This document shows, in pieces, positions 40,081 through 64,000 of a stretch of 64,000 nt of DNA; the stretch's first letter is position 1; every line of letters starts with the position of its first letter. Below the pieces are notes generated by a model. The model was not told the origin of the DNA. It was given only the letters and a program-made list of their open reading frames with translations, and did not search any database. The stretch lies in assembly GCA_044892525.1 (NCBI GenBank), contig CM097885.1:2296001-2360000 (forward strand), read 5' to 3'. The DNA is from Schmidtea polychroa. Lineage: Eukaryota. Position numbers and translations under genes: made by a program.

Positions 40081-40154
40081 TTCATTAATATTATTGTTTA
40101 TATTTGTTTAAATTTATTATTATAAGTATATAAAAATTATTTAAATTTTATTAC

Positions 40155-40601
40155 ATGACTTCATTATTATTGAGCAACATTAATTATAAAGGTAAGTGTT
40201 TAGTCAAAAACATGAAATTCCCATTAGGTAAACCCCAACAAGTTGTGGATAGAAGTGGGAAGTATCCAATTATATTTTTCAAGTCGGGTAGATGTCGGAT
40301 AATGGGATGCAAGCAACCTCTTAAATTAGTTGATTTGAAATATAAGATACAAGATTTACAAATTCAGTCCATTACAGTAACTGCTGATATCGGTAAATTT
40401 ATAAAATTATACGAATTACAACATAAAGCTAAATGTATGTTTGAACCGGAAATATTTCCTGCCTTACGTCTTCAAAAGTATAATCCAGTTTGTGTTAATG
40501 TATTTTCAAGCGGGAAGGTTGTATTACTTGGAATAAAAACTTTAGACTATAATCACTATGTAGAGGACATTATCTCAGAAATTAAAATGTTAATTAATTA
40601 A
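40155..40601 (+). CDS. TBP-like protein encoded by Polinton-2
   Basis: IIFFKSGRCRIMGCK and MFEPEIFPALRLQKYNPVCVNVFSSGKVVLLGIK; homolog of 6979-7491. Confidence 0.9.
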   Translation: MTSLLLSNINYKGKCLVKNMKFPLGKPQQVVDRSGKYPIIFFKSGRCRIMGCKQPLKLVDLKYKIQDLQIQSITVTADIGKFIKLYELQHKAKCMFEPEIFPALRLQKYNPVCVNVFSSGKVVLLGIKTLDYNHYVEDIISEIKMLIN

Positions 40602-40644
40602 TTAATTTTGTTTGTATTGATTTTGTTTTTAGTAGTTAGAAAAA

Positions 40645-41052
40645 ATGTCAAAAGGTAAAGAATATATTTTTATTTATAATTAATAATCTTTATATTTAGT
40701 TTACTTATTTGAAGTAATTTTAAAGAAGTTTCAAGAATTATACCCAGGAATAAGAAATACCATAGATTATTGTGCACCAGAGTTACTTATAAATAAAATA
40801 TTTCGTTTAACAGGTATTAATATAGAACAACTTTTAGAGTTGCACTACGATATGGTTCTAAGGTCTGACACTAGATGCATTGAAAATTGCATTGTTTGCA
40901 AAGATTCTATGAGATTGTCATGCCCCAATGGGTGTCCATGCTGTCACGACTTTAAAAGGGATCAATCAGTCCATATCTTATTAGATGAAATGCGTAAAGC
41001 ATACTACACAGATGTATTTAACTTGAAAGAAAATATTTTATATAATTTTTAA
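40645..41052 (+). CDS. Cys-rich neighbour of the TBP-like gene, 2 exons (40645-40654, 40700-41052)
   Basis: MSK|VYLFEVILKKFQELYPGIRNTIDYCAPELLINKIFRLTGINIE...CIVC...CPNGCPCC, with a 45-nt phase-1 intron. Confidence 0.75.
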
Positions 41053-41085
41053 ATTTTTTATCAATATCATTTGCCTTTTACGTTG

Positions 41086-42147
<1,062 letters not shown>

Positions 42148-42795
42148 ATAACCATAACGAGATCATTAGATCACAGGCCAAAACCTCACAATTGCCGAAT
42201 AATACATTAATAACCCATTTAGCGTTACCCAGTAAAATTTTATTCAAATCTTTTTTTCTTAAAAAATTGATTGAAAATTTTTTGTTATTTTGTTAAAAAG
42301 TATTTGAAATAACAATATTGATTTTTTGTTGAATTTCTATTTTTGCTCTGATGATTTTGAATTTCTTTCTAATCGGTTCAAATAAATTCTAATGTCAGAT
42401 AAAATTTTTTAAATTAATATTTTTGAATTCTAATATTTTATGAAAAATATTTATTTTTATTTTTTGATCTATTTTTTAATTTGTATTTTCCGTTTAAAAT
42501 GTTATTTAAATTTAAATTAAAATTTTACTTTTTGTTATCAAATTATAATTTAAATAATTTTGTAAGATTTAAAATAAATGAGAAAAACGCTGAAAATTAA
42601 CTTTAATAATATTTCGAATTGCGCTCAAAGCTAAAATACAATATTTCTAAATTGTTTGTTTATCTAGATTAAAATACAAATTATAAATATTGAAATTGTA
42701 AACGTCAGAGGAAATAATTAATATAATAAGTATGATTTATGATTTATGTTGTAAAATGTTGAAATATTTTGATAATTTTGTTAATTTTAGATAAA

Positions 42796-44207
42796 ATGTT
42801 TGCAAGCGTATGGGAAATGATGAAGAGAAATAAATTCGAATTTGATAATGAAATCAGCAGTGAATTGATATGCAGAATTTGCAAATGTTTAATGATAAAG
42901 GCTTGCAATGCTCCTTGCGGTTGTCGCTTTTGTTCTGATTGCATTGAGCATTATTTGGATGGAACGGATAAATTCTGTCCAGGATCAGCAAAATATTGTC
43001 AAGTTCAAACGATTCTTTTCACTAAAAATGTTTCTGTGGATCATCCAGTCAATTTAAGAGTATCTGAGGTCATTGTTAAATGCCCAATACAAAATTGTGA
43101 ATTCAAAACTGAGTTGTGCATGATGGAGAGCCACATTAGAACATGCAACAAGCAGCCAATCAGTTGCCCGTTCAATAGAATTGGATGCGAAATGAATAAG
43201 GTGGTGAAGGACGAAATGAAAGTCCATCTCAATGAGAACAATGAAGGCCATAGCAAATTATTGATTGATCAGATTAGTAATTTGTGCAATGAGATGCAAG
43301 AAATCAGAGATGAGAATTTGAAATTGCGTAACAAAATTACCAATACCAATGTAAAATTTTATTTGTAATTAATTTTATTGATATTTGTGATTGGAGGTGA
43401 AATTGTGCAATATTGAAAGGAAAGAGGCGGAGAACAGAGCAGAAATAGGAGAATTGAATGAGGAAATGGTCGTATTGAAGAATGAGAATCGCTCAATGAG
43501 AAGGGAGATGGAGGCAAATATTGGATCAATCAATCAAGTTTGATTATTGATTTGATTTTTAATTTATACAAAACAGATCAAACAGCATATTGAGTTGACT
43601 GAATCAAAATGTCAACAACAAATTGATGAGATGAAAGAGAAATGCGAGCAGCGGCTGCAACAGGACAATGAAAAGGTGATTAATTGATTTATTGAAAAAG
43701 TTTGAATTTGAGATTCAGTTGCAGCTTGAAATGACGAAATGCACCAATGAATTTCGGCCGATAAAACGAAAAATACCAAATGAAAAATATATAAATTACG
43801 GATTTTTTGAATGGCTAATAGATAAATTTTCACAACAAAAGAGAAATGAATTGATTTACAGCGAAGCATTTTATTCGGGGCCAATCGGATACAAAATGTG
43901 CTTGGTGGTGAGGATTGGGGGTAATTGGGTTGTGGCTGGTTTCTGTTTGATGCGTGGGGAAAATGATGAACAATTGGATTGGCCGTTCAGACAATCGGTG
44001 ACAATCGATGTGAACGATCCAGCAAATGGCAACATTTATAAGAGTCAGTCAATAAGACATTCAGATTGCCCTGATGATACCGGATGGTGGAAATCGTCAA
44101 ATGACATAAATGTTCCAATTGCTGTTTATTATGGTGATTACTTAGTCTATAAATTTGCAGCCAAAAATGATATATTGCTACTCAGGTGCAGAATTGAAAG
44201 ATTATGA
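42796..44207 (+). CDS. TRAF-family gene (RING, TRAF zinc finger, coiled coil, MATH), multi-exon
   Basis: CRIC...PCGCRFCSDC RING-like motif, CP..NC..H..C..CP..IGC zinc fingers and a MATH domain in 43692-44207. Introns at ~43351-43396 and ~43538-43577. The junction near 43676-43700 needs either a 25-nt intron or a frameshift. Confidence 0.85.
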
Positions 44208-44392
44208 GAAATTTAAAAAAACATTTCAATAAAAAATTGATTTATTTGGCTTTTGGTCTGTTTTATTATTTGCCTTTTGTTGTTGGATCAATTTGTCTGG
44301 ATCAGTTATTGATGAATTTGTCCAATTATAAACTGATTGCAACATTATTGATGCTGTGGACCAGTTGTAAGCGCATTTAATATTGATTGGAT

Positions 44393-45946
44393 TTTTGGGC
44401 TGAAACCGAGAACTGAGAGTTTGTTTTAATCGATCGAAAATACCTAACACAAAACCGCAAAGTTGAAAAAATTTATGATCAAGGTTTAATATAAAATAAA
44501 TAAAATAAGTTACATCACACATTAAGAATCAATAAACCCCGTATAATAGAATAAAGAGATAAATAAATTTAACAGAAAAATTCAACACTTAAAAATTTCG
44601 ATAGAAAAATAATAAAATGTAAAATAGAATTATTTGAAAATTATTTAAACGATATAAAAATTAAATCGTCAAAATAATAAAATTAGTTAGCATTATGTAA
44701 ATTGTAAAGTTTATAGAATTAAATGGTTATGTAACTTATTAAATTTCAAGAATAAAAGTGTTTAAATTAATAAAAATTAATATAACTCAAATTATTTAAA
44801 TTATAAAATTTATAAAATTAAAATTAATAAAAAAATAAATAATTAATTAATTAAATTAATGAAATTAAAAATAAATAAATAATTGCACACAATCATGCAT
44901 GAATGCAAAATTAATTCAAAATTTCTCGCACTCTAATTGGACAGAGTGGCAGAGAATGCATGAATGCGCATTCAAAATCAGTATAAATACTGATTACAAA
45001 TTCATTTGAAAAAACCTTTTTTCAACATCACAACTAAAATTGCAGACAGTAAAGCTCTCAGTTTTCAATTTTATGCCATCGTGGATTTGGTAATTTATTT
45101 TTGTTATTGTACGAAATGATTTAATTTAATAAATTTTACATGCAATTAATTTTTTAGTTAAATTGTCTTTTGTTGTCCTTTTTAACTGTTTAATTTCATT
45201 TAGCTTTAAGTTTTAAATTATAATTTTTATTCGGTTCAACTTTTACGTTAATTAATTTTGAATAGTAGTTATAGTAGAACTGGAATCCAGTAGGCCACAG
45301 CATTAAGGGACACAAGTTGTTCCTATTGCGAGTAGCTCAGCTGGCTTTTCAGATTCACACGGATTGATCGGGCCATAACGAGGAGGCTTCTCCCCTGGTC
45401 CGTCTACGTAAGTATTTTCTAGTCAGAAATAGGTTAAGACTAAGAATACAGGCAGATCCCTGCTCAAATTTTTTGAAGTACAATTTAAATATTATGGGAA
45501 GCGTGGATTAACTTGGAAATAAGGGCCAATCCCTGCTCAAATTTTTTGCGAGATAGGTTAAATATTCATAAATATCAAGGAAAATACCTAGCAACATTTA
45601 TTAATAAAAAATTAAGCGCGCATCCCTGCACAAAACTTTGAAAGGAAACAATAGAAAACATCTAGAAATGAGGACCATAGCCGAATGAGATAGAAAAAAA
45701 GAAATAGAAAATGATCGATGACGTAAGACCTTCTATCGGCCGTCTAGAACCCGAAGAGAAAATACAATGGGGAGTAGTTTTAGCAATAGAGCTCACCTGC
45801 TCATTGTTTTTTCGCCTTTGTGTACAGTACCAACATGGTCATCGCCATGGGTACACAAATGGTTTAAAGTACAATAGTCATGGAGGTGCTATGATTACCC
45901 CTAACGTATTTAAAATTTAAAATGACACACCAATAAGTAACCAACA
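44393..45946. mobile_element. Probable solo LTR (~1.55 kb)
   Basis: Absent from the paralogous locus (~1125). Flanked by a GGAT 4-bp duplication. Ends T(T)TTGG...CCAACA match TG...CA with one mutation. Confidence 0.65.
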
Positions 45947-48488
45947 GGATCAAATTGGATGAGCATTGTGGAGATCCATTTATTGATCTATTTTGAATCA
46001 ATTTTTATTGTTGCTCATGATTTTGATTTCAAATATTTTGAAATAATTACTTTTTTATTTTATATATTAAAAATATTTATTTTCTATTTGGAAACATTTT
46101 AAATTTTCATTTACTTTCCAATAAGTGAAAGTTTTGCATTTTAATTTCCCCTCAATTGTTACCCTGCTTTGATTACAAATTCAAATTTCAATTGCTATTT
46201 TATATTTCTCATTCAATTTCCCTCAAATATCAATAATATCGGAATTGCCGCCAGAAATAAATGAGAAAATCAATGAAAATTAGCATTATATTGATATGAA
46301 ATTGAATTATTTATTGAACAGCTGCCATTATGAGCATGCAACACACATCGTCAGGGCATCTCACAATTGCTGTCATTATCTGATCTATTATATCAATGCG
46401 GATCAGATATTATGGCAGCCATGTTAGATTTCTATCAGATAATTTATTTGAATTTATTATAATAATTTTGCAATTGAGCATTTCTTATAATTGAAGGTGA
46501 AGAGAAATCAAAATTCATGAAAATTCACTTGAAAAGGCTGTGCCGAAAATTCGTGAGTATCAACAAACATCGATATATTACTGATTTATGGTCTTCAAGC
46601 TCACTTTTTAATAAATTCAGTGGAAAAAATATTCAGTGGTGAAATTAAAAAAAAAAGCTTATAATATTAATTTATCATTATTATTGTTAATTACTATTTA
46701 CTTTTTAATTATTATTTATATTTTGTATTAAACCGAAAATCTCCTTTAAAATACAATTGTGTTAAAATACAAAAATTGTGTTATTGATGTATCAAAAACA
46801 TCGAAATCTTTACCGATTTATAGTCTAATTCATATAAATATTGATTGAAAGGAGGTCAGGCGAGAAAATCGAAAGAAATTATAGATGTATTAGTATGTAG
46901 ATAGAGCCCCGGTGCCACCACTAGTTACCACGCACTGGTTAGCAATAGAGGCTACCCTCCATTACCACCGCCTTTTTAAGGTCAAGTCACAATTATTGAT
47001 TTTCACGCTTATTAATTGTCGGGATCATTGATTTTAATTTTTTTTATTGATTTAAAAGTGTAATTATTGATGTTAAAGAGGAATTTTATTTTTTTGTTTT
47101 ATCTCACTTCAGTACAGGGTTTGATATTTTAGAAGTATTATTTCGAAATAAATATACCCAATGACGTCACCTATATCTTTGCTGACCACAACATTTTTGT
47201 ATCTTTTCAAGCTTTTTCTGTCAAAAAATTAAAATTTTTCAAAAGAAAAATCTTGACTAGAAAAGTATCTTTGAGATATTTGGAAACTTTCTTTTTGTAA
47301 AATATGGAGAGTTAGAAGCCCTACAACTTTACTAACCATGATTTGTTCAAATGTTTATTGGAAGATGGTTTAAAATAGAAAGTAATAAATATTTTTTAAC
47401 TTTAATGGCGCCAGGTTCCTGGAACCTTATCATGCAAAAGGCTCTAAATTTTCCTTTGTAAAATGTTAGAGTTGTGAAAGAAATACATTTTTGTCAAAGA
47501 AAGCATTTTCATAATTTTTGAAAAGAAGGTTAAAATCACGTTCCGAACTCAGTATAATTTAAATTTTTTAAGTCCTGCCATATGAGTTATCGAGCTACTC
47601 TCCTTTCAAGGTCAAATTTTTTTATTGATATATAAGTGCATTTATCAATTTTTTGACTAGTCAGAGGTGTTTTTGGTTATTCCTTATATTGAGATTATAT
47701 TTTGTCCAGACATACTACACTATGAAAATGTATTCTTTGACTACAAATAAGAATTCCTACAAAAATTGTTGAAAAGATTTCTTTTCGATAGACTTTTTTC
47801 ATTTTAAGCAACATTTTTGGTAACATTAGGAACGCGACATAATTTTTCGAGACATCCTTCATCATTAATTTGCATCTTGATTCAGCTATGAAAATTCCTT
47901 GATAACATTCTCAAAAAATTGAGATATTTTAATTGAACTTTAAACTTTCTTTGTTAGTTTTCAATGGATATTTTGAATCCTTGTCTAAGATTTTTGTGCG
48001 AAATATGAGTTTTTGTTTAAATAAACTCATTTTTGTAATATATAGAGCCCATATGAACAGAGATATTAATACTAATGTTTTCGTTTTAAATGTAATTCAT
48101 AACAGAAATCTCGAATCTTTGTTTAAAGATAAAATATTTGTGCGGAAAATATAAAATTATGAATTATTTTCAAATGATTTTGAAGTCAACACAACAAGTT
48201 AGTAAGAAACATTTATTAAAAACCAAACTAATTGTAATGTAATTCCTCTTGATATTTATGTAGAGTGATACAATTAACTCGAAAAAAAATTTACTCAAAT
48301 TAACATTGCAGTTAACAATTGTCATATCTTATCCAATAATCAATATACCGACGAAAGCACGAAAACTTGATCTGGAGATTGCATGGAGATTGTTGAAAAT
48401 CTTGACCATCATCAGAGAGATCATTGCTGATAAGACGAAGGTACTTGTAGCGTATCAAAGATAAAGACGACGATAATAGTGGAAGCAG

Positions 48489-48830
48489 TCACTGAAGATC
48501 ATAATCCGAGAGGTATTGAGGGAGTTTACGTGTTCGCCTGGAGTGGAATGGTGGATTGTTTTGAAGGAGTTGAACATTTGGTGTATCTGGTAGGGTTGTC
48601 GGTTGTTCCATGCCTTCTAATATGTCTTTGTATATGTTATAGTCTTTTGTGATATGGTTGTTTGGGATTTCAGCGTATTCAAGGGTGCATAAGCCTGGTT
48701 TTAATCTGGAAAGGTTGATCATGACGTGGTTGTTGTCAATATCGAGTTTCGCTGCATTTTGGTACAGCTCTTTGATGCGAAACGAACCTTTAAATTTGGG
48801 TTTAAGGTTTTAAGTCGATATTTCTCATAC
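48489..48830 (-). mobile_element. Ty3/Gypsy integrase C-terminal remnant
   Basis: PKFKGSFRI (GPY/F-like), VINLSRLKP and terminal RRTRKLPQYLSDY. Confidence 0.6.
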
Positions 48831-49133
48831 ATGCGTGAGTTGCTGAGGAAAGTGACTGAGTTATATATGGTTTGTACGATGTGGAATATGTGAACGACGG
48901 ATTAGTATCTAAGCTCAAAAAATGCTTGCGTGTTAGATTGATCTCGTCTAATGGTGAGTCATTTTAGGCTTATTTGATTTATTGATTTTGACTCGATTTA
49001 ATAATTGCAAAGTTGAAAAATTCATTGTTTCTTTTTATATTGAATTTGATGATTTTGGAAAAAGAAAGGATTATTTAAACAATGGTTTTTAATTTTAATT
49101 TTAATTTAATTAATTTAATAATATATTTTTAGT

Positions 49134-49795
49134 TCAATTAATTAATTGATAAAAGTGGGAGTCAGAGGCACTACAATTTATACAATTCATTAACCATGAG
49201 ATATTTATTGTTTGTTTTCTTTTGTAATTAATACATTCTTGACAATTATAATAACAACATAAAGTTTTGAGTATTTCGGTTTGTTTTTTACAGCCATATA
49301 TCAAAAACTTATGATAAAAAATAATACTTTCTATATTGATTCCTGTTGCTCGAAATATTTTGTTGGATGCAAGTTCTTGTGCAAAATTCATAATATCATC
49401 TTTGATTTCCGGATAAATCTCAACCACTTTCGAAATAACAAGCTCAACCTTATATTATAAGACAAGATAAAATAAATGATAAAATTTAAAATGTTACCAA
49501 TTTCCGAAAGTTGAGTCATTGTAAAATAAATTTATTGTTAACGTTTCAAATATTTATAATTTTGGTAAACCAATCAAATCTTTTACATCTTGTATAATTT
49601 TGTTGACAATCAAATCATAATTTAGAGGTTATATTCCAAGTTGGAAAATAAATTTATACACAAAGGTTTATAAGACTCAAGTCTTAACCCAGGGTATATT
49701 TCTGGCTCATATATACATTTTGTTTTCTTTGACAAATATTGCAAATTATTTCTTTGGTAGATATCAATTGTAATAGAAATGGGGGCTCAATATTG
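49134..49795 (-). pseudogene. Remnant of a third Polinton: degraded TBP-like gene (~49530-49795) followed by the Cys-rich neighbour gene (49134-~49519)
   Basis: Minus strand reads KTKCIYEPEIYPGLRLESYKPLCINLFS at ~49650-49730, then EIYPEIKDDIMNFAQELASNKIFRATGINIE...CCYYNCQEC. Confidence 0.8.
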
Positions 49796-50279
49796 AAATT
49801 TAATATATTTTTTTAAAAAAGCCGCCAAAAATTTGAACTTAAAAATGGGGGAGCTCGATAACTCATATAGAAGGGCTTTAAAATATTTACATAAGACTGA
49901 GTTTCAACGTTATTTTTACCTTTTTTACAAAGTTACAAAATTGTTTTCTTCAACAAAAATGTACTTCTCTCAAACCTCTAACATTTTACATAGAAAAATT
50001 TACAGTATTTTGCATGATAAGGTTTCAGGAATTTGGTGCCATTTTAGGTACAAAATATTTATTACTTTGTATTTTTGACCATTTTACAATAAACATTAGA
50101 ACAAATCATGATTAGTAAAGATTCTTAGTCAAGATTTTTCTTTAGAAAAATTCATATTTTTTGACAGAAATATCTTGAAGAGATACACACTACCAAACGA
50201 TCTGCCAGCCAACGTCGTTGCCAACGAACAAGTCGATGCCTTAGACGAATATGGAAATTCCACTTTGTAAGGATTATTA

Positions 50280-50720
50280 CAATGTTATTAATACTTTATT
50301 TCGCCTTTCTGAAATTCTTATTTTCAAAGAATTATAAAGTATTTCCTTAAAGTAATACTTTTTTGCTTCATTTGAGTGAATAAAAATGCTAGTACACCCT
50401 CCGCAGTGAGTATCGTTGAAATACTTTTGCTCAGTTCTTTTACTGCCAATTCTGCCGGTTTTAATATTGCAATTAAATTACCCAAAACATTAAAGTTGTT
50501 TTCATTGAATAAATCTTGATTACACGCTTCTTCCAATGCATTTTTATGCTAACTTTAAGTTGCACTAGACTCTACATCATAGGTGTAAGTGAATTCCAAC
50601 TGGTTCTACAAAACAATATAAGTTTAAATTTTTTATCCTCTTTCTCTTCAATATTTCGTTGAAATATGTCATTTCTTACAGGCAATTTTCTGAAAAATCT
50701 GACAATCTCGCTGTTGGGGT
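50280..50720 (-). mobile_element. hAT transposase remnant
   Basis: EIVRFFRKLPVRND..., RTSWNS and LKPAELAVKELSK..TILTAEG fragments, with stops. Confidence 0.7.
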
Positions 50721-51492
50721 TAGCGAAAAAACCGAAAAAGTCATATATAAAATAAAGCATAACAAAAAAATGGGTAAAATCAATAAAACTTAATAAAAAT
50801 CAAAAATCAATATTGAACGGGGTATCGGGTATGGATGATAGACGAGTTCAAAAATTATAATGAAAATTTATTAAGGTATTCACAGGGAAAGTTAATGCGA
50901 AAAAACAAATTAATTAAAATTAATAAATTGTTAATGGAAAGTCCAAACCAATGGAAAGCTAGATTCCATGGGAAACCAGAGCGCCGAAAAAACCCGATGC
51001 GCAGTGAGACTTGAGTAGTGAGATAAAAGAAGGAATATTTTGAGCCCTAATCATTGGTAAACAAATTAAAACAATTAGAAAACACTCAAATATTGACATA
51101 GGAGGAAATATTTAATTGCAATTCTATAGATAATTGGCCTCTCAGAAACAGTATAATAATAGAGCTCAGAAATGAGCAAGCCGCGAGTTGGTCGAAGAGG
51201 GATAAAGAAAAAAGAGAAGCTAAGAAACCATGAGATCAGAGATAGATAAAGATTGAATAAAACTATTTTGTGTTGGGTTTCAATTTATTTGGTTGAATAA
51301 GAACACGATAAGTCAGAGAGAGAGAACCGACTTTCAAATAAAAACCTAACATAACTAAAGTTTTGCAGTATTTCATTAATGTTTGCATTTCTTACGAAAC
51401 TGTATTCTATATTATCAATAAATGATCTATATTTAAATTATGAATACATAACGATCTCTAGGCTCGAATAGGAACCCAGCGCAAATTGATTA

Positions 51493-51496
<4 letters not shown>

Positions 51497-51580
<84 letters not shown>

Positions 51581-51597
51581 CATCATCATCATCATCA
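51497..51597. repeat. (ATT)n/(ATC)n microsatellite
   Basis: Direct reading of the sequence. Confidence 0.95.
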
Positions 51598-52325
51598 TAT
51601 TTATCAATGTTATGATTATGATTAATGTTAGCATTATTATTATTACTTTTCCATCGTACATTTATCACCAGTATGGTTAGTCATTATCCTTATTATTATC
51701 GATCCGATTTTATCATCATTGGGCTTGGGTCGGTTTCCTCGCAATCATACTCTTATAAATTCTTGTCCTTCTAGCAAAAAACATTGTCACTCCAAAATAT
51801 TGAGGATCATCATTAGTGTCACTTGATTATTTATTTCTTTAAGTCATGACTAGCAACACAACGAAGAATCTTCAACATAAACCCCCTGTTTCTTGTGTTA
51901 GGACCAGAACGCGACCATCTGAACACATCAGGAGGAGATTTTTCTCTTAAAGAAGAAAATTGACCATTTGGGGGTACTTGGTTCACCATCGTCCAGATGA
52001 AGAAGTTTTAGCAAAAAGTCCTACGTCTAGAGAACTGCAAAGGCAATCTGCTGGAGGAAAATCAGGCTCAGTATACCCTGATAGAAGAGCAGCCACGGGT
52101 GTATTAGAAAAATGAACTCGAGGCTCAAATCAAAGGAATGCCAGAGCTCACCAATGCAATTTAAAAAAAAATCAAATTTTATTATTCATTCTATAAGGCC
52201 TGTTTAGGCATAATGGGAGAAGTTCTCAACCCTTCAGTATTCTAAAGCTTTTTTTGTTCTTCAAAGGACACTGTGTCTATGACTCAAGCGTTAAACGTGG
52301 AATTGTTGTCAGATGCAACCACATA

Positions 52326-53560
52326 TCAGAACATTGATTGGTGGAAGTTGTTTGATTTGACTTGTTGATTAATTCTCTGATAGATATCGATCGATAGGCT
52401 GGCGCTTAGTGTATTGTTTGTGGTGTGAATGTTGAGGATGTTGATAGACTGATAGTATATTGTTGTACGATTTGGTTGATGATTGAACAGGACGTCGGTG
52501 GAATTCAACTAATCTCCGGTAATGATCGATTGGTTGATGTATGATTGGTTTAATTCTCTGGTGTTGTTGGTGTTTGGTTGATAGGAAAGGTGAGGCTGAA
52601 TGGATACTAACGTGTTTGAGTTTCTAAGGGCATCATGCTTGTCGTAGGTTCTTCCCAGGATCGAGTATTTTTTCATGAAATGTGGGCTGAATCCTAGCTC
52701 TCTTTAGGTTGTTTTTATTGGTTTTTAGGTTGTCCTTCAGGCATATTAGTATAAATTTAGATTTGCTGGGTTTCGTATAGGTACGCATTATTTTCTCGCT
52801 TTCAGCTGATGATATAGCTTTCATTTTGGCAATTCTGGTTCTCGTTTCATTTTCAGATGCATGGACGGTTTTCATTGGCATCGGTTCTGTAGCTGTCACA
52901 CTGTTATCTGATGAAGGCCTGTTAGATGGGGATGCAAATACTTTGATAGACTTCAACATATCGAAAAGGTATCAATCTACAGTATCAATAAACAGTAAAA
53001 TCATTAAAGAAGAAGGACAAAATTCTCATTTCTTCAATTCTTTTTTGGGCTTTTTGAATTTAGGAAGCGTCATCTTATTGAGGTATCTTTCCGCTTTCTT
53101 CTTGAATTTGAAATCATATTTCACCACTACATTTGAATTGGTCTCTGTTGAATTGTTCATTCCTGGTAGAATAGGTTTAGATGAGGATGGCATAGGTCTT
53201 ATTTGGTCAAGCCAGTCTGGATCAGTCTTCATCAGGGGAGGGCCCGACTGTCACGATCAATCGCGCCTGTGTAGGGTGCATTCAATCGACTCTCACCTCG
53301 ACGTCGTCAGTCGTTCCGATCGCGTAAACAAGTTTCGCTGATCATCGTCGAGCCACAACTGGATAAGCCCCCAGCTCCGTTAGTGAATCACCGTCCTAAG
53401 CGCAAGCAGATTTCACGTTCTGAAGGAACAAATCGGAAGCAACCCAAACAGGCCGCCAAAGATCGCTATTTTGGCCAACACAATAGGTTCGACGGAGGTC
53501 GATCTTTAGACTTTATCCATAGGCCTACCGCGATAAATTAACCAAACCGAAGAATTCAAC
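52326..53560 (-). mobile_element. Probable degraded non-LTR retrotransposon 5' part (ORF1-like plus AP-endonuclease remnant)
   Basis: GC-richer block with broken minus-strand ORFs and IITGD/LNS and SIDI-like APE fragments near 52380-52530. Confidence 0.4.
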
Positions 53561-53982
53561 TTGGATAAACTTTTAAGGAGGCCAACGCTGACATTTTCTA
53601 GAAAGGCCACCCAACTTGACTTAGACATCCTGATTTCTTTTGTTCTTTTAGTTTGGTTTTATTCACTGTTTATATAATGCACTTAGTCTTATTATCCATG
53701 GTGATTTATTGAGTATCTTCGAGCACAACAAATCATCAGCTCGCTCAGCGGTTTCCTATAACCTAGTAATATTTGAAATAATACAATTTGTTATTAGTTA
53801 ATATTTAATATTAAACGAAATAGCAATAAATATAAAATAATTATATATTTATTTTATTGAAAAAATACTTTAATAAAAGATTTGTTTGATCGAATCAATT
53901 AATAAATGCATGCCGCATCTATTAAATTGCTTTTTATTTGAATTTGTTAATCGAGTTGTGAATTTTTCTGTCGATTTATTGA

Positions 53983-63278
<9,296 letters not shown>

Positions 63279-63349
63279 GTTAGTTTATTGATATTTATAT
63301 GCGTTTGGACCAGTTGTGATAGGTAACATGTGAGGATTTATTGATATTT

Positions 63350-63790
63350 GTTTCCTATCCTTGGGCAATGAGGGTTACTGTTGCTATCCTAGTGCAATAA
63401 GGGTTACTGTTGCTATCCTAATGCAATGAGGGTTACTGTTGCTATCCTTGGGCAATTAAGGTTACTGTTGCTATCCTTGGGCAATTAAGGTTACTGTTGC
63501 TATCCTAATGCAATGAGGGTTACTGTTGCTATCCTTGGGCAATTAAGGTTACTGTTGCTATCCTAATGCAATGAGGGTTACTGTTGCTATCCTTGGGCAA
63601 TTAAGGTTACTGTTGCTATCCTAGTGCAATTAAGGTTACTGTTGCTATCCTTGTGCAATTAAGGTTACTGTTGCTATCCTAGTGCAATATGGGTTACTGT
63701 TGCTATCCTAGTGCAATATGGGTTACTGTTGCTATCCTAGTGCAATGAGGGTTACGGTTGCTATCCTTATGTAATGATGGTTACTATTGG
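63350..63790 (+). repeat. 29-bp minisatellite, ~15 units, in a PTEN intron
   Basis: Head-to-tail ggttactgttgctatcct(a/t)(g/a)(t/g)gcaat(g/t)a(g/a) units without unique spacers. Confidence 0.92.
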
Positions 63791-64000
63791 TATACTAATT
63801 CATGCATCGACACCGATAATATCGATAATTTTATAATGTAAAATCTAATAATAATTAAATAAAATATTTGAATAATGTACGATTTGTGTTCAATAACTGA
63901 TTCACATAAAGAATAAAGAGGATATTGGGTATAAGGATTTATTTGTCAATAAAGAATATGCTTTAAGGAAAGGCGAGAAAGTGTATCGAGGAGGCCATCA

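Noticed and set aside
51438..51680. Poly-Asn/Ile ORFs
   Set aside because: Microsatellite artefacts.
63350..63790. CRISPR-like array
   Set aside because: The 29-bp units are contiguous with no unique spacers, there are no cas genes, and the context is a eukaryotic intron.

Overview
AT-rich animal genomic DNA with short GT-AG introns and (AAT)n microsatellites. The TRAF array, USP gene and repeat style suggest a flatworm such as a planarian, but this is inference. The window holds two full-length, diverged Polinton/Maverick (adintovirus-like) elements. Polinton-1 (1938-20488) has AGTAGT termini, ~1.05-kb TIRs and a 6-bp TSD AATGAT, and is nearly intact. Polinton-2 (25282-42147) is in the opposite orientation, has TSD ATAACC, is decayed, and carries a hATm transposon. 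A fragment of a third Polinton lies at ~49.1-49.8 kb. Both full elements have the core genes: packaging ATPase, integrase-chromodomain, minor and major capsid, adenain protease and pPolB. The most unusual feature is that all three carry a TATA-binding-protein (TBP)-like gene next to a conserved Cys-rich gene; in the two full elements the pair is head-to-head with the packaging ATPase. Several viral genes contain short spliceosomal introns at positions shared between elements, including the integrase, the protease and a multi-exon 5' extension of pPolB. Both also carry a small MGxxxS ORF overprinted on the integrase. Polinton-1 additionally carries a host-like USP pseudogene and a RING gene, and sits in a four-level transposon nest. 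Host sequence comprises two paralogous TRAF loci, the first five exons of a PTEN gene (P-loop NCKAGKGR), and assorted TE remnants and satellites. All family assignments come from motif recognition by eye; no searches were run.
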